Positions 12,765-25,801 of a DNA stretch of 64,000 nt are shown here, in pieces. A program made the position numbers and the translations under genes. Numbering within the stretch: the first letter of the stretch is position 1; the number at the start of each line of letters is the position of its first letter. This DNA comes from Octopus sinensis (lineage: Eukaryota): NCBI RefSeq assembly GCF_006345805.1, contig NC_043006.1, positions 51,894,001 to 51,958,000 of the forward strand, written 5' to 3'. The notes beneath the pieces were generated by a model. The model worked only from the letters and a program-made list of their open reading frames with translations, had not been told where the DNA came from and did no database searches.

Positions 12765-13788
12765 TGTTTAAAAAGTGGTCAGATCTCTGGGTTATAGTGC
12801 TGAATTAACAAAGCAAAGCATTGGAGATGAGGACGTATTCGTCATACCATATGGATGGTTAATAGAAAGACTAGGGAGGATATGTGACTGATGATAAATG
12901 GTAACAAGAAATAGTGAAACTATAGAGTACCGAACAATAATGAAGAATATGTCGGAGTAAATATTAGAAATCCGATACATTTGATATCTGGTAGCAAGAA
13001 GCTATGAAATATAGATGATTGAATGCTGTATATATATATTTTACTTGCCACGTCTGACAGAAGTGGAAGTGCTCATAGGTTCGCAGGCCCTTGTAGACTA
13101 ATGAGTTTTATGCCTTTTATGTTCTTGCACCAATATACGTCAACACCTGAAAAAAAGATATGAGCTGAAAGGGAAATTTAGAGAGTCGACGTTCTAGAAA
13201 AAAAGGAACGAAGGTCTAACTGGATTGGTCCTGGTGAGGTTGCAAATACGGATGATGAGAGGAAGGGCACAGTCAGCTCTGAGAACCAGATCCCTTTATG
13301 ATTGTGGTAGAAAAGTTAGGCGAGACAACACACCCGTTGGCCAGAGGCTGGAATATGTCTAAAACTTAAAGCCAGTCACTCGGGTGACCAGTTTCTCGAA
13401 CAGTCTACGATTCTCCGTGTGAAGCAGGTGCAGCACCGCCCCACGCGAGGAATTCGTTATTATAACATTCATATATGTGATACTCTTTATAGAGAGTAAC
13501 ATCCCCAACCCAATGTAGATCTACTTGACCAAATTCATGTAAATTCACACTCATCAATTTTCTTGGTCCCATACGCATAATAACCCAGTATATTGATTCG
13601 AAATAAACACTGTCCCAAAATTTCGGTCCCAAATTTAAAAGTTCCCCAACATGTTTCGTACCGTATACCCTGTTGTACAAACTCCCATTGTGGCTATATA
13701 ACAATATTTGCATCATCCAGTATAACTGCCTCGAAATAACGTAATTGAAATATCCCAATATCCCAATACCCCAATGTGAGCGCACGCG

Positions 13789-13828
<40 letters not shown>

Positions 13829-14646
13829 TATACATATATGATACCCGATATTTCTCTCACTAAGTATAGAGTTAAAATATCCCAATATTGATGCCCATCC
13901 CCAACGCATATAAATGTTCATACATATATACTCACACATACATATGCATACACAGACGCACTTTCACAATTACGAATACTGCACCTTTCTTTTCTGATAT
14001 ATATATATATATATATACTTACTGTTAACAAAGTCGGGATGTGTGGCGTTCAGTTATTCCATAAATGAAAATAAAACTGCATTAAATACTACAAAACGCA
14101 CACGTAGGACAAAAAACCAGGACCCTAATATTTCATTTGTTATCGACCAAAAAATACTAATACCTAGTTTCATGCCTTTAATGATTATGTGAGTGTGCAT
14201 TGTGTGTGTGTGTGTGTGCATGCACACATATACATATTTGTGTATATGTATACATATGCGTGTATATGCGCGCCAGCGCGCGTGTGTAGAAGAAAAAGAA
14301 GTGCAATGCATGTAATTGTTTTTAGAAGAGGCTGCTGTGTGTCCTTATGATGTTGCGATTCATTCTCCATTTACTTCTGGCTTTTAAATTATTTTTTCGT
14401 CCACAATATAAAGCTTACTCATCTATGGATGACTAATATATTTTCTGCAGAGTGGACGACATGCGTTATATTATTTTCGCTATACTGTATCTTTGGTTAT
14501 ATTATTTTCGCTATACTGTGTCTATCATGAAGAAGTAAATGGGTTCCATGGAGTAATAGATTATACTGTGAGCAGTAGACCACAATATGAGTGGCGACCT
14601 TTTCGTCTGCCTGAAGTGGCTAGTTAGATACTTTGTGTGGATAAGG

Positions 14647-14842
<196 letters not shown>

Positions 14843-14843
14843 C

Positions 14844-14967
14844 AGGCGCAGGAGTGGCTGTATGCTAAGCAGCTTGCTAACCAACCACGTGGTTCCGGGT
14901 TCAGTCCCACTGCGTGGCACCTTGGGCAAGTGTCTTCTGCTATAGCCCCAGCTGAAAGAAGCCTGTC

Positions 14968-15012
<45 letters not shown>

Positions 15013-15212
15013 TGTATGTGTGTGTTTGTGTGTCTGTGTTTGTCCCCCCAACATCGCTTGACAACCGATGCTGGTGTGTTACGTTCCCGTAACTTAGTGG
15101 TTCGGCAAAAGAGACCGATAGAATAAGTACTACCGATTTGCTCGACTAAAGGTGGTGCTCCAGCATGGCCACAGTCAAATGACTGAAACAAGTAAAAGAG
15201 TAAAGAGTAAGA
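14844..15212 (+). mobile_element. tRNA-type SINE, family b
   Basis: Homologous to 6033-6475 with an internal deletion; inserted in a (TA)n tract. Confidence 0.85.
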
Positions 15213-15277
15213 GTATATATATATTATATATATATATAATAATATATATATATTATATATATATATATATATTATAT

Positions 15278-15364
<87 letters not shown>

Positions 15365-17315
15365 CGATATCGCTCGACAAATTTTCAATGGCATTGCAGA
15401 GATAGGATATTCCATTACATCTCACCTATAAATGCAATATGATTCTGAGAGTCAAGCGACTATATAAAATAATTCATATCAAAACGAAAGTAGATGAATT
15501 AGTTACAATCTGTAATCTCCCAAAGTTATCGATTTATCAATATCAATACTGCTCTATCAACATCACCAGACTTATTCTACCTAAGATATGACTTGATCTA
15601 ATTAAGAAAATACAACAAAAACAAAAGAAAAATGAATAAATGAAATATTACAGGGCTATACTTGCACCTAGCTGATCGTTGAAGACAGACACCATTCAGG
15701 CATTTCATGAATTTGTAGATCCATTCAACCTACTACATGGTGATAAATTATGGTTAATAATTTTAAAGATATCTCAAAATATTAAAAAATCCAGAGCTTA
15801 GCAAATACGGGGCTGAGAACAAAGCTATTGATATTCAAATCCGATTTGCTTTCGGTAAATTTAGACCTTGTTCAAAAGTTAATTTGTGTTGTCTAAGCAT
15901 TGGTTTATAATACAGCAGATTTTTTTAAATATCAGTATGTAAGTTTTGTATGTGATAGCCGTGATTATATGATCAGTTTCTTTACATAATAGCCAACAAA
16001 AATAACGATAGTAACCGTACATTCTGTGAGGTGAAGGTAATGTATGTGGATTTGTTTTAGAAATGCAGCTTTTAGACATCAGGTAATTCCACTCCCTCTT
16101 TCCAAAATATAAAGAAATACTGTAAAAACTTGATTCAATGGAGAACTGAGATAAGACTGAATTAGTGTTTGTTATTATTTTCATTTATTTGTCATTCACA
16201 AAAATCTTGCACAACAATATTTCTTAAGTTTTAGTTACATGTTTCTTTACTGTATTTGAAATTACGTTAACCCCTCCCCCCACGTCTCAAAACAAGGTAT
16301 GTTTGTGTAGGTCAATAAGATTGATGGGGCCCTCGATAATTTTACTTACGATTAACATTAATATTGATCTCATTCAACAATTCCTACTGTTTCTTTCAGT
16401 TTTTACATAAGTTTTCGCTATCATCACCCATCGACGTAGCCATCATCGTTTTCGTTGTCCATTCCCCACTGATATATTAGTATTCAACTTCACTATTTTC
16501 GTCATTTATTTTCCCTCTAAAGTGCTAAACTGACCCGTAGAACAATACACAGGTCAATTGATTATGATCCCTACTGGCGCTACGCTTTTGAAATTTCTTA
16601 ATTAGAAACCTATTTTTATGAGATATGGTGTTGCATGTTTAGATGAACGTAAAAGAGACTAAAGGGAGATAAGACAGAAGAACTGGAGAAACTCTTCTGT
16701 CAAAATATTCACAAAACAAGAGGGAAAGCATGTGATTGTCCAGCACACACGCGAACAGTCTATGGTAGCAACACCAATCTCACCATCTCCACTACCTTAA
16801 CTAGCAAGATGAGGGCATTTGAGGGAGAAGGGAAGGAGTTTTCCTCTGTCAGGTGACTTGGCCAAAAAGGACGGGCAGTTTACCCTTATCAAGTGGCGAT
16901 GAAGAAACAAATTGTACGACGGACATATTTACAGGATTGAAGGCAGCCATTTTCTTATTGGGTCAAAACTTCATCCGATTTGGAGAAAAGGTAAAGAATG
17001 GAGGAGAGTTGTGTTCTCCACTAAACTTGCTGAAAGGTTGGTGAAAGATGAGAATGAATGTACATGTGAGCCGGAAACCCAACTAGGAGAGTATCGTTGT
17101 ACGTGTTAGCCAAAATAGAAGTAAATCTATCGCGTTCTTAGACTGGCTATAAGTGGCTGACCACTCTGCCTCCTGTTCTAGAGAACATTATCTTCTTTTT
17201 GAATCCTAAGTTGTACAATTCTGATCAAGATTAAACATAGCCAGAATTGTTTTTGTAATTTATGCAATAAATCCCCTTGTGGCAATTTAAGAAATTATCA
17301 TTATTATCATTATTA

Positions 17316-17500
17316 AGGCAACGAGTTGGCGGAGTCGTTATCACACTGAACAAAATGCTTAGCGGCATTTCATCTAGTTTTATATTCTGAGTTCAAATTC
17401 CACTGAGGTCAACTTCACATTTCATCTTTTCGGGGTCAATAAAATAAGTACCAGCTGAGCACTGAGGTCGATGTAATCGTCTAGTCCCCTCACCCCCAAT
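17316..17500 (+). mobile_element. tRNA-type SINE, family a
   Basis: aaggcaacgagttggcggagtcgttatcacac...gagttcaaattccactgaggtc...ggggtcaataaaataagtaccag. Confidence 0.75.
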
Positions 17501-17614
17501 ATTTCATGTTATGTATCAATAGCAGAAAGGATTAATATTATCATTATTATACTATTATCGTTAATAATGTTGCTCTGTCTTCCTACTAATGTTATTGATG
17601 TTAATATTGTTATA

Positions 17615-18093
17615 TTGAGTTGTCCGGAAAGTTCATGCCGATTTATAGTAGCTTACCTTTCGACTTATTTTAGAACATGGTTGAGTTCACAATTCTGTAA
17701 CCCTTTAAAATGGAAGATAAGAAAGTTCATTTTCGGCACTTGATGCTTTGGAAACCAGACAAAAATTGCTGCAGCTCGGCTGGGATGTGTTACCCCACCC
17801 TCCATATTCCACAGATATTGCTCCTTCGGATTTCCACTTATTCAGGTCTCTGCAGAATAGTCTTAATGGTAAAAATTTCAATTCCTTGGATGACGTAAAA
17901 AGATACCTTAATGAATTCTTTGCCATGAAACCCCCTCAATTCTGGGAAGCGGACATTTTCAAGTTAAAAGAAAGATGGAGACGCATTGTGCAACAAAATG
18001 GTTCATATTTGGTTGATTAAAAATGTAATGGCAAGTATTTATTGACCTTTTTCTTTCCTTTAAAAATCGGCACGAACTTTCCGGACAACCCAA
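17615..18093 (+). mobile_element. internally deleted mariner element with both TIRs and TA flanks
   Basis: TA|ttgagttgtccggaaagttcatgccgattt ... aaaatcggcacgaactttccggacaacccaa|TA. The N-terminus MEDKKVHFRHLML is fused to the C-terminus GWDVLPHPPYSTDIAPSDFHLFRSLQ. Confidence 0.92.
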
Positions 18094-18151
18094 TAATCGT
18101 TGCCAACATAATTGTTGGCTTTGATGCTGTTGCTGTCCTTGTTATTCGTTC

Positions 18152-18232
<81 letters not shown>

Positions 18233-18645
18233 TATATATCCACAATCATTAAATATGTAAGTGTTAATTGTAAAATAAGGCGGTAGATGTGGCAGCGGTG
18301 GTGGTGGTGGTGGTGGTAGTGGGGATAGTGAGCTATATCTATACGTAATTGTCAATAGTCACAAAACAAACAGGAAGTCTTATACAAAACATCTGGCGTT
18401 TCACTGGTACAAAACCAACTGTATATTTATCTGTTCTCTTTACGTGTGAGTGTGTGCGTGCTTGCATGTGTGTGTGTTTGTGTGTGTATGTGTGTGTGTC
18501 CATTTGTGCTTGCGTGTGTGGCATGAGTGCGTGCATACTTGCTTGTTCTCACATCTCTATTTGTATTTGTAGTATGATATACATGCAATTATATGTAGGT
18601 TATATTTGAATATATACATAAATCTCTCCCGCTCTCTCCCTTTCT

Positions 18646-18687
<42 letters not shown>

Positions 18688-19600
18688 CATAAACATATTT
18701 ACACTTAATAAAATTCTATTTATATATTTACATATATGTATACGTATGTATGTGCATATATATATGTGCATGAATGCTTGACATACATACATACATACAT
18801 ACATACATACATACATACATACATACATACATACATACGTACGTACGTACATACATACATACGTACGTACGTACATACATACATACACACATACATACAC
18901 ACATACATACATACATACATACATACATACATACATACATACATACATACATACATACATACATACATACATACATACACACACACGCACACACACATAC
19001 ATAGTAAAGTGAGAGGTAGGTAGTGCAATGTTATGATCTTGTTTTGTAAGCTGGCACCGAGAAAGGTATGAATAAAAGGCAACATACTATTGCTCATGTG
19101 TTGCTATAGGAGACAGTTATAGTGCCTGATGATATCTCATTATCCATACACTGTAGATCTGCTGTATATATGTGTAATATACTGGATACCATTAAACAGA
19201 GAATAAGTTGGTGGTGTTAAACTGGGTGACAGCTTAGAGCCACTATTATTTCTATTCCATCTACACAGAAACATAACGAATTATAATATTAAAAGTTATT
19301 TACTATTGTTTACGGAAAGTGGTTTTTAAGTTTATTTAACTCTACGTCACTCGCACAGACGTGCAATTGTAAATATTTCATTGTTTAAACAGTGAATAAA
19401 TTTGGTACAAAGAAACAGTGCGGAAAACTATCGTATGTGTGTGTATCTTTTTGTTTGTGTTTGTCTGTCGTCGCTTGATAAAAAAATGTTGGTTTGTTTA
19501 TGTCGCCTTATTGAAGCAGTTGGGCAAAAAAGAACCGAAACAATAAGTACTAGGTACCTCAGCATAATTGCATCCTAGTATCTGAACCAGTTATATATAT

Positions 19601-19688
<88 letters not shown>

Positions 19689-19691
<3 letters not shown>

Positions 19692-20106
19692 CTCTTTACT
19701 CTTTTACTTGTTTCAATCATTTGACTGTGGCCATGCTGGAGCACCGCCTTTCATCGAGAAAATCGACCCCGGGACTTATTCTTTGTAAGCCTAGTACTTA
19801 TTCTATCGGTCTTTTTTGCCGAACCGCTAAGTTGCGGAGACGTAAACACACCAGCATCAGTTGTCAAGCGATGTTGGGGGGACAAACACAGACACGCAAA
19901 CACACACACTCACACACACACACATATATATACACATATATAGGACGGGCTTCTTTCAGTTTCCGTCCACCAAATCCACTCACAAGGCTTTGGTCTGCCC
20001 GACGCTATTGTAGAAAACACTTGCCCAAGATACCACGCAGTGGGACTGAACTCGGAACCATGTGGTTGGGAAGCAAGCTACTTACCACACAGCCACTCCT
20101 GCGCCT
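19689..20106 (-). mobile_element. tRNA-type SINE, family b (full length)
   Basis: Reverse complement of the 6033 family from head (aggcgcaggagtggctg) to aaagagt tail. Confidence 0.85.
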
Positions 20107-20226
20107 ATATATATGTATATAAAAGAAATAAATGAAATTCAGTTGAATCAGGTACTTGAGGCAGCAAGTCAGTCCGTTATTGTCCGTAAAGCACTAATAC
20201 ATGGATATCTTTATTACTTATGTGCA

Positions 20227-20260
<34 letters not shown>

Positions 20261-21235
20261 TGTCATTTTTTTGGTTAAGACAAAAGATTATTTTATGCAA
20301 GAGACATTATATAGTTCACTCACGTATTGGTACACATATTTGTCATTAGTGATAAGCGAGCTTTAATCGTAAAATCGACCGACCCAAAACTGTAAGACTC
20401 TCTATCGTTCCTACCTTGAGGTTTTCTAAAATTCATAATCACTGCGGTTGGTCTGATTAAACAATAATAATGATTTCTAAGGCATTAATGTCACAAAGTT
20501 AGGAGTGAGGTACAGTCGATTATATCGACAGCAATACTTAACCGTTGCTTTACTGCGTCAACCAACAATAAAAAATGATATTGGTCTCGGCAGGCTTTCA
20601 ACAGATGGCCTTAACGTATTTTCAGATGCAGTTAATAGTGTAGCTAGTCTGCAGCTTTATGTAGCAACGAATTACTATTAAAGAGTCGCCTCCCTTACTA
20701 GAATGCTGAAGCAGTATGTATGTATGTATGTATGTATGTATGTATGTATGTATGTATGTATGTTGTATGTATGTATGTAATGTCATTTTTTTGGTTAAGA
20801 CAAAGATTATTTTATGCAAGAGACATTATATAGTCACTCACGTATTGGTACACATATTTGTCATTAGTGATAAGCGAGCTTTAATCGTAAAATCGACCGA
20901 CCCAAAACTGTAAGACTCTCTATCGTTCCTACCTTGAGGTTTTCTAAAATTCATAATCACTGCGGTTGGTCTGATTAAACAATAATAATGATTTCTAAGG
21001 CATTAATGTCACAAAGTTAGGAGTGAGGTACAGTCGATTATATCGACAGCAATACTTAACCGTTGCTTTACTACTGCGTCAACCAACAATAAAAAATGAT
21101 ATTGGTCTCGGCAGGCTTTCAACAGATGGCCTTAACGTATTTTCAGATGCAGTTAATAGTGTAGCTAGTCTGCAGCTTTATGTAGCAACGAATTACTATT
21201 AAAGAGTCGCCTCCCTTACTAGAATGCTGAAGCAG
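20261..21235. repeat. near-identical tandem duplication of a 454-bp unique segment, period 520 bp
   Basis: 20261-20714 and 20781-21235 differ only by a few small indels; each copy is bounded by (TATG)n. Confidence 0.95.
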
Positions 21236-21333
21236 TATGTATGTATGTATGTATGTATGTATGTATGTATGTATGTATGTATGTTTTGTCTGTCCGTCTG
21301 TCTGACTGACTGACTGTCTGTCTGACTGACTGA

Positions 21334-21850
<517 letters not shown>

Positions 21851-21946
21851 AAGAATAAAATATATATCCATCTATCCGTTTGTACATACATACATACATA
21901 CATACATACATACATACACACACACTCACATACACACATATTCCTT

Positions 21947-22168
21947 CATTATTTACATTATTTACACTCGATGGATATTTATCCTCATCTTGTTTGTTGT
22001 TAACACAATGTTTCGGCTGATATACCCTCCAGCCTTCATCAGGTGTCTTGGGGAAATTTTGAGAACCCAGGTTCGATGAAGGCTGGATGATATATCAGCC
22101 GAAACGTCGTGTTAACAACAAACAAGATGAGGACAAATATCCGTTGATTGTAAATAATGTAAATAATG
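21947..22168. repeat. inverted repeat (about 95-bp arms) carrying a hammerhead-like motif in each arm
   Basis: cattatttacattatttac...gtttcggctgatataccctccagccttcatc is mirrored by gatgaaggctggatgatatatcagccgaaacgtc...gtaaataatgtaaataatg. Confidence 0.9.
22002..22047 (-). ncRNA. degenerate minimal type I hammerhead motif
   Basis: GACAC-CUGAUGA-A-GGCUG-gaggguauau-CAGCC-GAAAC-AU-U-GUGUU. The opposite arm (22075-22113, +) keeps GAAAC-GU-C-GUGUU but has lost its 5' side. Confidence 0.55.
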
Positions 22169-22344
22169 TACATAATTCTCATCTCTTAAATATAGAACTG
22201 TACACATATTCCTTATTTGTGATTTAATAATTCTCGGAATATTTTTCTCCAGCAAATGCAGTGTTTAGCATTCATTCTCACTTTTCGTCTCTCTCCTATA
22301 GTAAATGTTTTGTGCTTGTGTATATGCGTATGTGTTTGTGTGTA

Positions 22345-22392
<48 letters not shown>

Positions 22393-22543
22393 AGAGCGTG
22401 TGATTTTCTCAATGCTTATTGTTTGTGTTCTTTAAATTAACTAATTAATTAATAAATAAAACGTGATAAAGTTTGTGCAAAAACATTTTTAAGACAATAA
22501 GAAATCTGAATAATAAAACCCAAAGTCAGACCATTAACTCCGT

Positions 22544-22765
22544 TTACTCCTTCAATGGCAAAACTTGGCAGAAAAAAGGACTTTGAAAGATATGACGACC
22601 TGCCCATTTAATGTCCAGTGTGTAACAACCAGTTTTAGTGACGAAATAGCTGACGTCATAGGTACAGTGGTCTGTGTAAATTATAGAGATTTCTTCAACA
22701 GAATTCGCCGGACAAGGACCTTGGATACCTACTGTCAACGGACCAGTACCTTCTACGGTTCGAAC
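22544..22765 (-). CDS. filamin-like gene, terminal coding exon (C-terminal part of last filamin/Ig repeat, 73 aa plus stop)
   Basis: Acceptor ttcttctgttttcag|GTT, phase 0. VRTVEGTGPLTVGIQGP...YDVSYFVTKTGCYTLDIKWAGRHIFQSPF matches the filamin repeat pattern (G-P...Y-V-Y-P-G-Y-I-V-G-GSPF) and continues the repeat begun in the previous exon. Confidence 0.88.
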   Translation of the reverse strand, partial: VRTVEGTGPLTVGIQGPCPANSVEEISIIYTDHCTYDVSYFVTKTGCYTLDIKWAGRHIFQSPFFCQVLPLKE

Positions 22766-23544
22766 CTGAAAACAGAAGAAAACAATGGAAGGAAAATGGA
22801 ATCTTTACAGTCAAATATACACAAAAATACATCATACACACATGCAATCACACATATACAGATGCAATCACACACGCATATTAATATTACGTAAAACTTC
22901 AAAGGCAGCGAGCCGGCGAATTCGGTAGCACGCCAGACAGAATGCTTAGTGGCATTTCGCCCGCCTTTATATATTCTGAGTTCAGATTCCTCCGCGGTCG
23001 CTCTTCCGGGTTCAATAAAATAATTACCAATTAGAGATGTAATCGACTTACACCTTCTCCAAAAATTGCTGGCCTTGTGCCAAAATTTGAAACCAATATT
23101 AGGTAAAGCCCCAGAGGGTACATCAATTATGTTTTTGTGTATAAGTGTGTTGGAAATATATAACATATCAGTAAACGATCAGTGGTGAATAAAAAGGAAA
23201 TAAATTGCATGATAATCGACATAGCGTTCCCGGTGACAACTGAACAACTACGATGATTTAAAGTGGGAAATACGAAGGTTGTGGTCAATGAATAGATTAG
23301 ACGTGATACCGATAGTAATTGGCGCACTTGGAAGTATCAGCACTCAACTACCAACATGGTTCAAAAAGACTGGTACAAATATAAAGATAGAACACCTACA
23401 AAAATCAGCATTGTTTGTAACTTCAAGAATTCTTCGCAGGGTCCTTGAAGCATGACCAGTAAACAAGTGTCACCTTAGTCTTCTGGCTGTGGACAGCTGA
23501 CACCTTCCATCATACTTAGCAAAATAAGTTGAGAGTTTCATCAA

Positions 23545-23579
<35 letters not shown>

Positions 23580-23608
23580 TAATAATAATGATAATAATAA
23601 TAATAATT

Positions 23609-24423
23609 AGCAGAAAAGAAATAGACAAAGCAAAATCCCCACAATGGTTGAGAAGCTCAGGACTCAAAGCAGAGACTGAAGGATTATTAATTGCAGCACA
23701 AGATCAAAACCTTCCCACCAGAAATCACAGTACCCCCCCCCCCCCAAAAGAAAGAAATACAAGTCACTGCAGAATATGTGGTGGTGGAGAAGAAACAATA
23801 AATCATATTGTCTCCGGTTGCCCAGTCCTGGCTAAGAAGGAATATATCCACAGGGACGACAGTTGGAACCTGTATTCACTGGAAGCTACGCCAACACTAT
23901 GGAATAACAATAGAAAAAAGATGGTATAGGCACACGCCAGAAAAGGTCACAGAAAATGAGAAAGCAACCATACTCTGAAATATGCCAATACACAAAGATA
24001 GAGAGATTAAGGCCAATAGGCCGGATATAGTTATCAGAGATCATGAAGAAAAAAATGCTTTCTAATCGATGTATCAATACAAACAGATGACAATGTTTCT
24101 CTAAACGAAACAAAGAAACTTTCAAAATACAAAGATTTAGAAATAGAGGTAACGCGAATGTGGAGCGTGAAAACAGAAACAATTCCTATTATAGTAGGCG
24201 CATTAGGTATGATGAGAAAAAATTCAGACAAATACATAACAAAAACACCAAAACTTACAAGTATACATAACATACAGAAAATAGTACTACTGGGCACCAA
24301 ACACATCCTACGTAAAATACTTTCAATATACCGAAAATAAGGGCACCACAACAAACCACAGCACATACCCAAGGCACACAGAGCTCGGTAGTGTAGTGAA
24401 AGCACGTGATGAAAATAAGACTA

Positions 24424-24426
<3 letters not shown>
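23609..24426 (+). mobile_element. R4/Dong-like RLE retrotransposon, family A, 5'-truncated and degenerate
   Basis: [35 protein letters not shown](H)D and RPDIV..D...IDVSI motifs; (AAT)n on both sides. Confidence 0.85.
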
Positions 24427-24476
<50 letters not shown>

Positions 24477-24477
<1 letters not shown>

Positions 24478-24980
24478 TTCCCCGTACATACCGACAAAAC
24501 TATAAAAGCTAATAAACCGGATATTATTATAAATGATCAGACAAAAAAGGTGTGTTTATTAATTGACATGAGTATTCCTTGCGATCACAATATAGCGGCG
24601 AAAGAATTTGACAATATTAGTAAATATTGCTAATAGAAATTGAAAAAATGTGGCATCTCAAGGCGACTACAATACCAGTGATTGTAGGATCTCTAGGAAT
24701 GATAAAAAAAGGAAGTGAAACCTATTTGAAAATGATACCAGGCTTACCATCCCTACAGGAAGTGCAAAAAATCGTGTTAACTGGAATGGCTCACGTACTG
24801 AGAAGAGCATTATCGCCGTGAAAACAACATCCATTCATGAATTTATTTATTAATTTTTAAATACATATTTTACCTGTGAATTTGTGTGTGTAATCTGGGA
24901 ATGCATACAATGAGCTTCTCTGCCCTAGGTGTACGGAAAACGTTCGGCGAGAAACGAAAGAAAATTTGAAGAAAAAAATA
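24477..24980 (+). mobile_element. R4/Dong-like element, family B, short 3' fragment
   Basis: FPVHTDKTIKANKPDII...LIDMSIPCD...IPVIVGSLG; the 3' UTR ttctctgccctagg...aaaatttgaag is shared with 49921-51039. Starts immediately after (AAT)n. Confidence 0.82.
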
Positions 24981-25410
24981 TCACGAACAAATGGCCTAGA
25001 CTCGCTCAAAACCACTACAAGTTGTGGCGACACGATAAGGTAGCGAAAGTGCTACATTGGAAACTGTATGCAAAGTGGGGACTAGAGAGAGGGGCACGAA
25101 GTGGTATGAGCAAAAAACCGTAGAAAGTGGCGGAATCGGAAACTAGCAAAATCCTCTGGGATTTCCCAATCCAAACAGATCAGGTGCTAGAACATAACAG
25201 ACCGGACCTGGTGATGGTGGACAATGTGCACCACACATGCTATATAGTTGACGTTGCATGCCCCTTTGACCCACGAATAGTAAAAAAGGAAGGCGAAAAG
25301 ATAAATAAATACAACCCTCTTAAGTACAAAATAGACTGGCTATGGAAAATAAAGAAGGTGAAGATAGTTCCAGTTATTGTTGGGTCCTTGGGAATAGTAT
25401 CAGAAGTGTT
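24981..25410 (+). mobile_element. RLE retrotransposon fragment, third family
   Basis: RHDKVAKVLHWKL...ILWDFPIQTD...HNRPDLV..VD...YIVDVACPFD...K..KY (PD-D/E-xK nuclease region). Confidence 0.8.
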
Positions 25411-25730
25411 GATGTGTTGAGAGGGATTTTTTGGGGGTTTGAATAATTCACCTCTGGAAACATGGGTGTTTCGTTCAACATCCTTAAACAACCCTTATTC
25501 AGGGACCTTTCGAGTGGGATGGGTTACTCGACCTGAAGAAAATTCTAACTGGGCCCCACCTGCAAGGTCATGTGCTGTTTATTTTGATATGAGATAACCA
25601 TGTCGCGCACATATCGTTGTGATGCATGTGCCTAGTGTACCCTTATCAGACGGGTAGTCATGATGGGTATACTGGGCTTCGTATATTTTACCCCAGTGTC
25701 ACTTTGATGGCATGCCCTGCTCTCTCACTC
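25411..25730 (+). mobile_element. non-coding (AAT)n-tailed repeat, family E, partial
   Basis: Near-identical to the 3' part of 28151-28708 and to 51077-51563 (-); ends ctctctcactc followed by (AAT)n. Confidence 0.85.
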
Positions 25731-25801
25731 AATAATAATAATAATAATAATAATAATGACAGTAATAACAACAACAACAACAACAACAACAACAATAATA
25801 A

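Noticed and set aside
16600-17110. Purine-rich coding-like stretch with a 65-aa ORF (16912)
   Set aside because: In-frame stop upstream, no recognisable motif and no splice support; probably old repeat debris.
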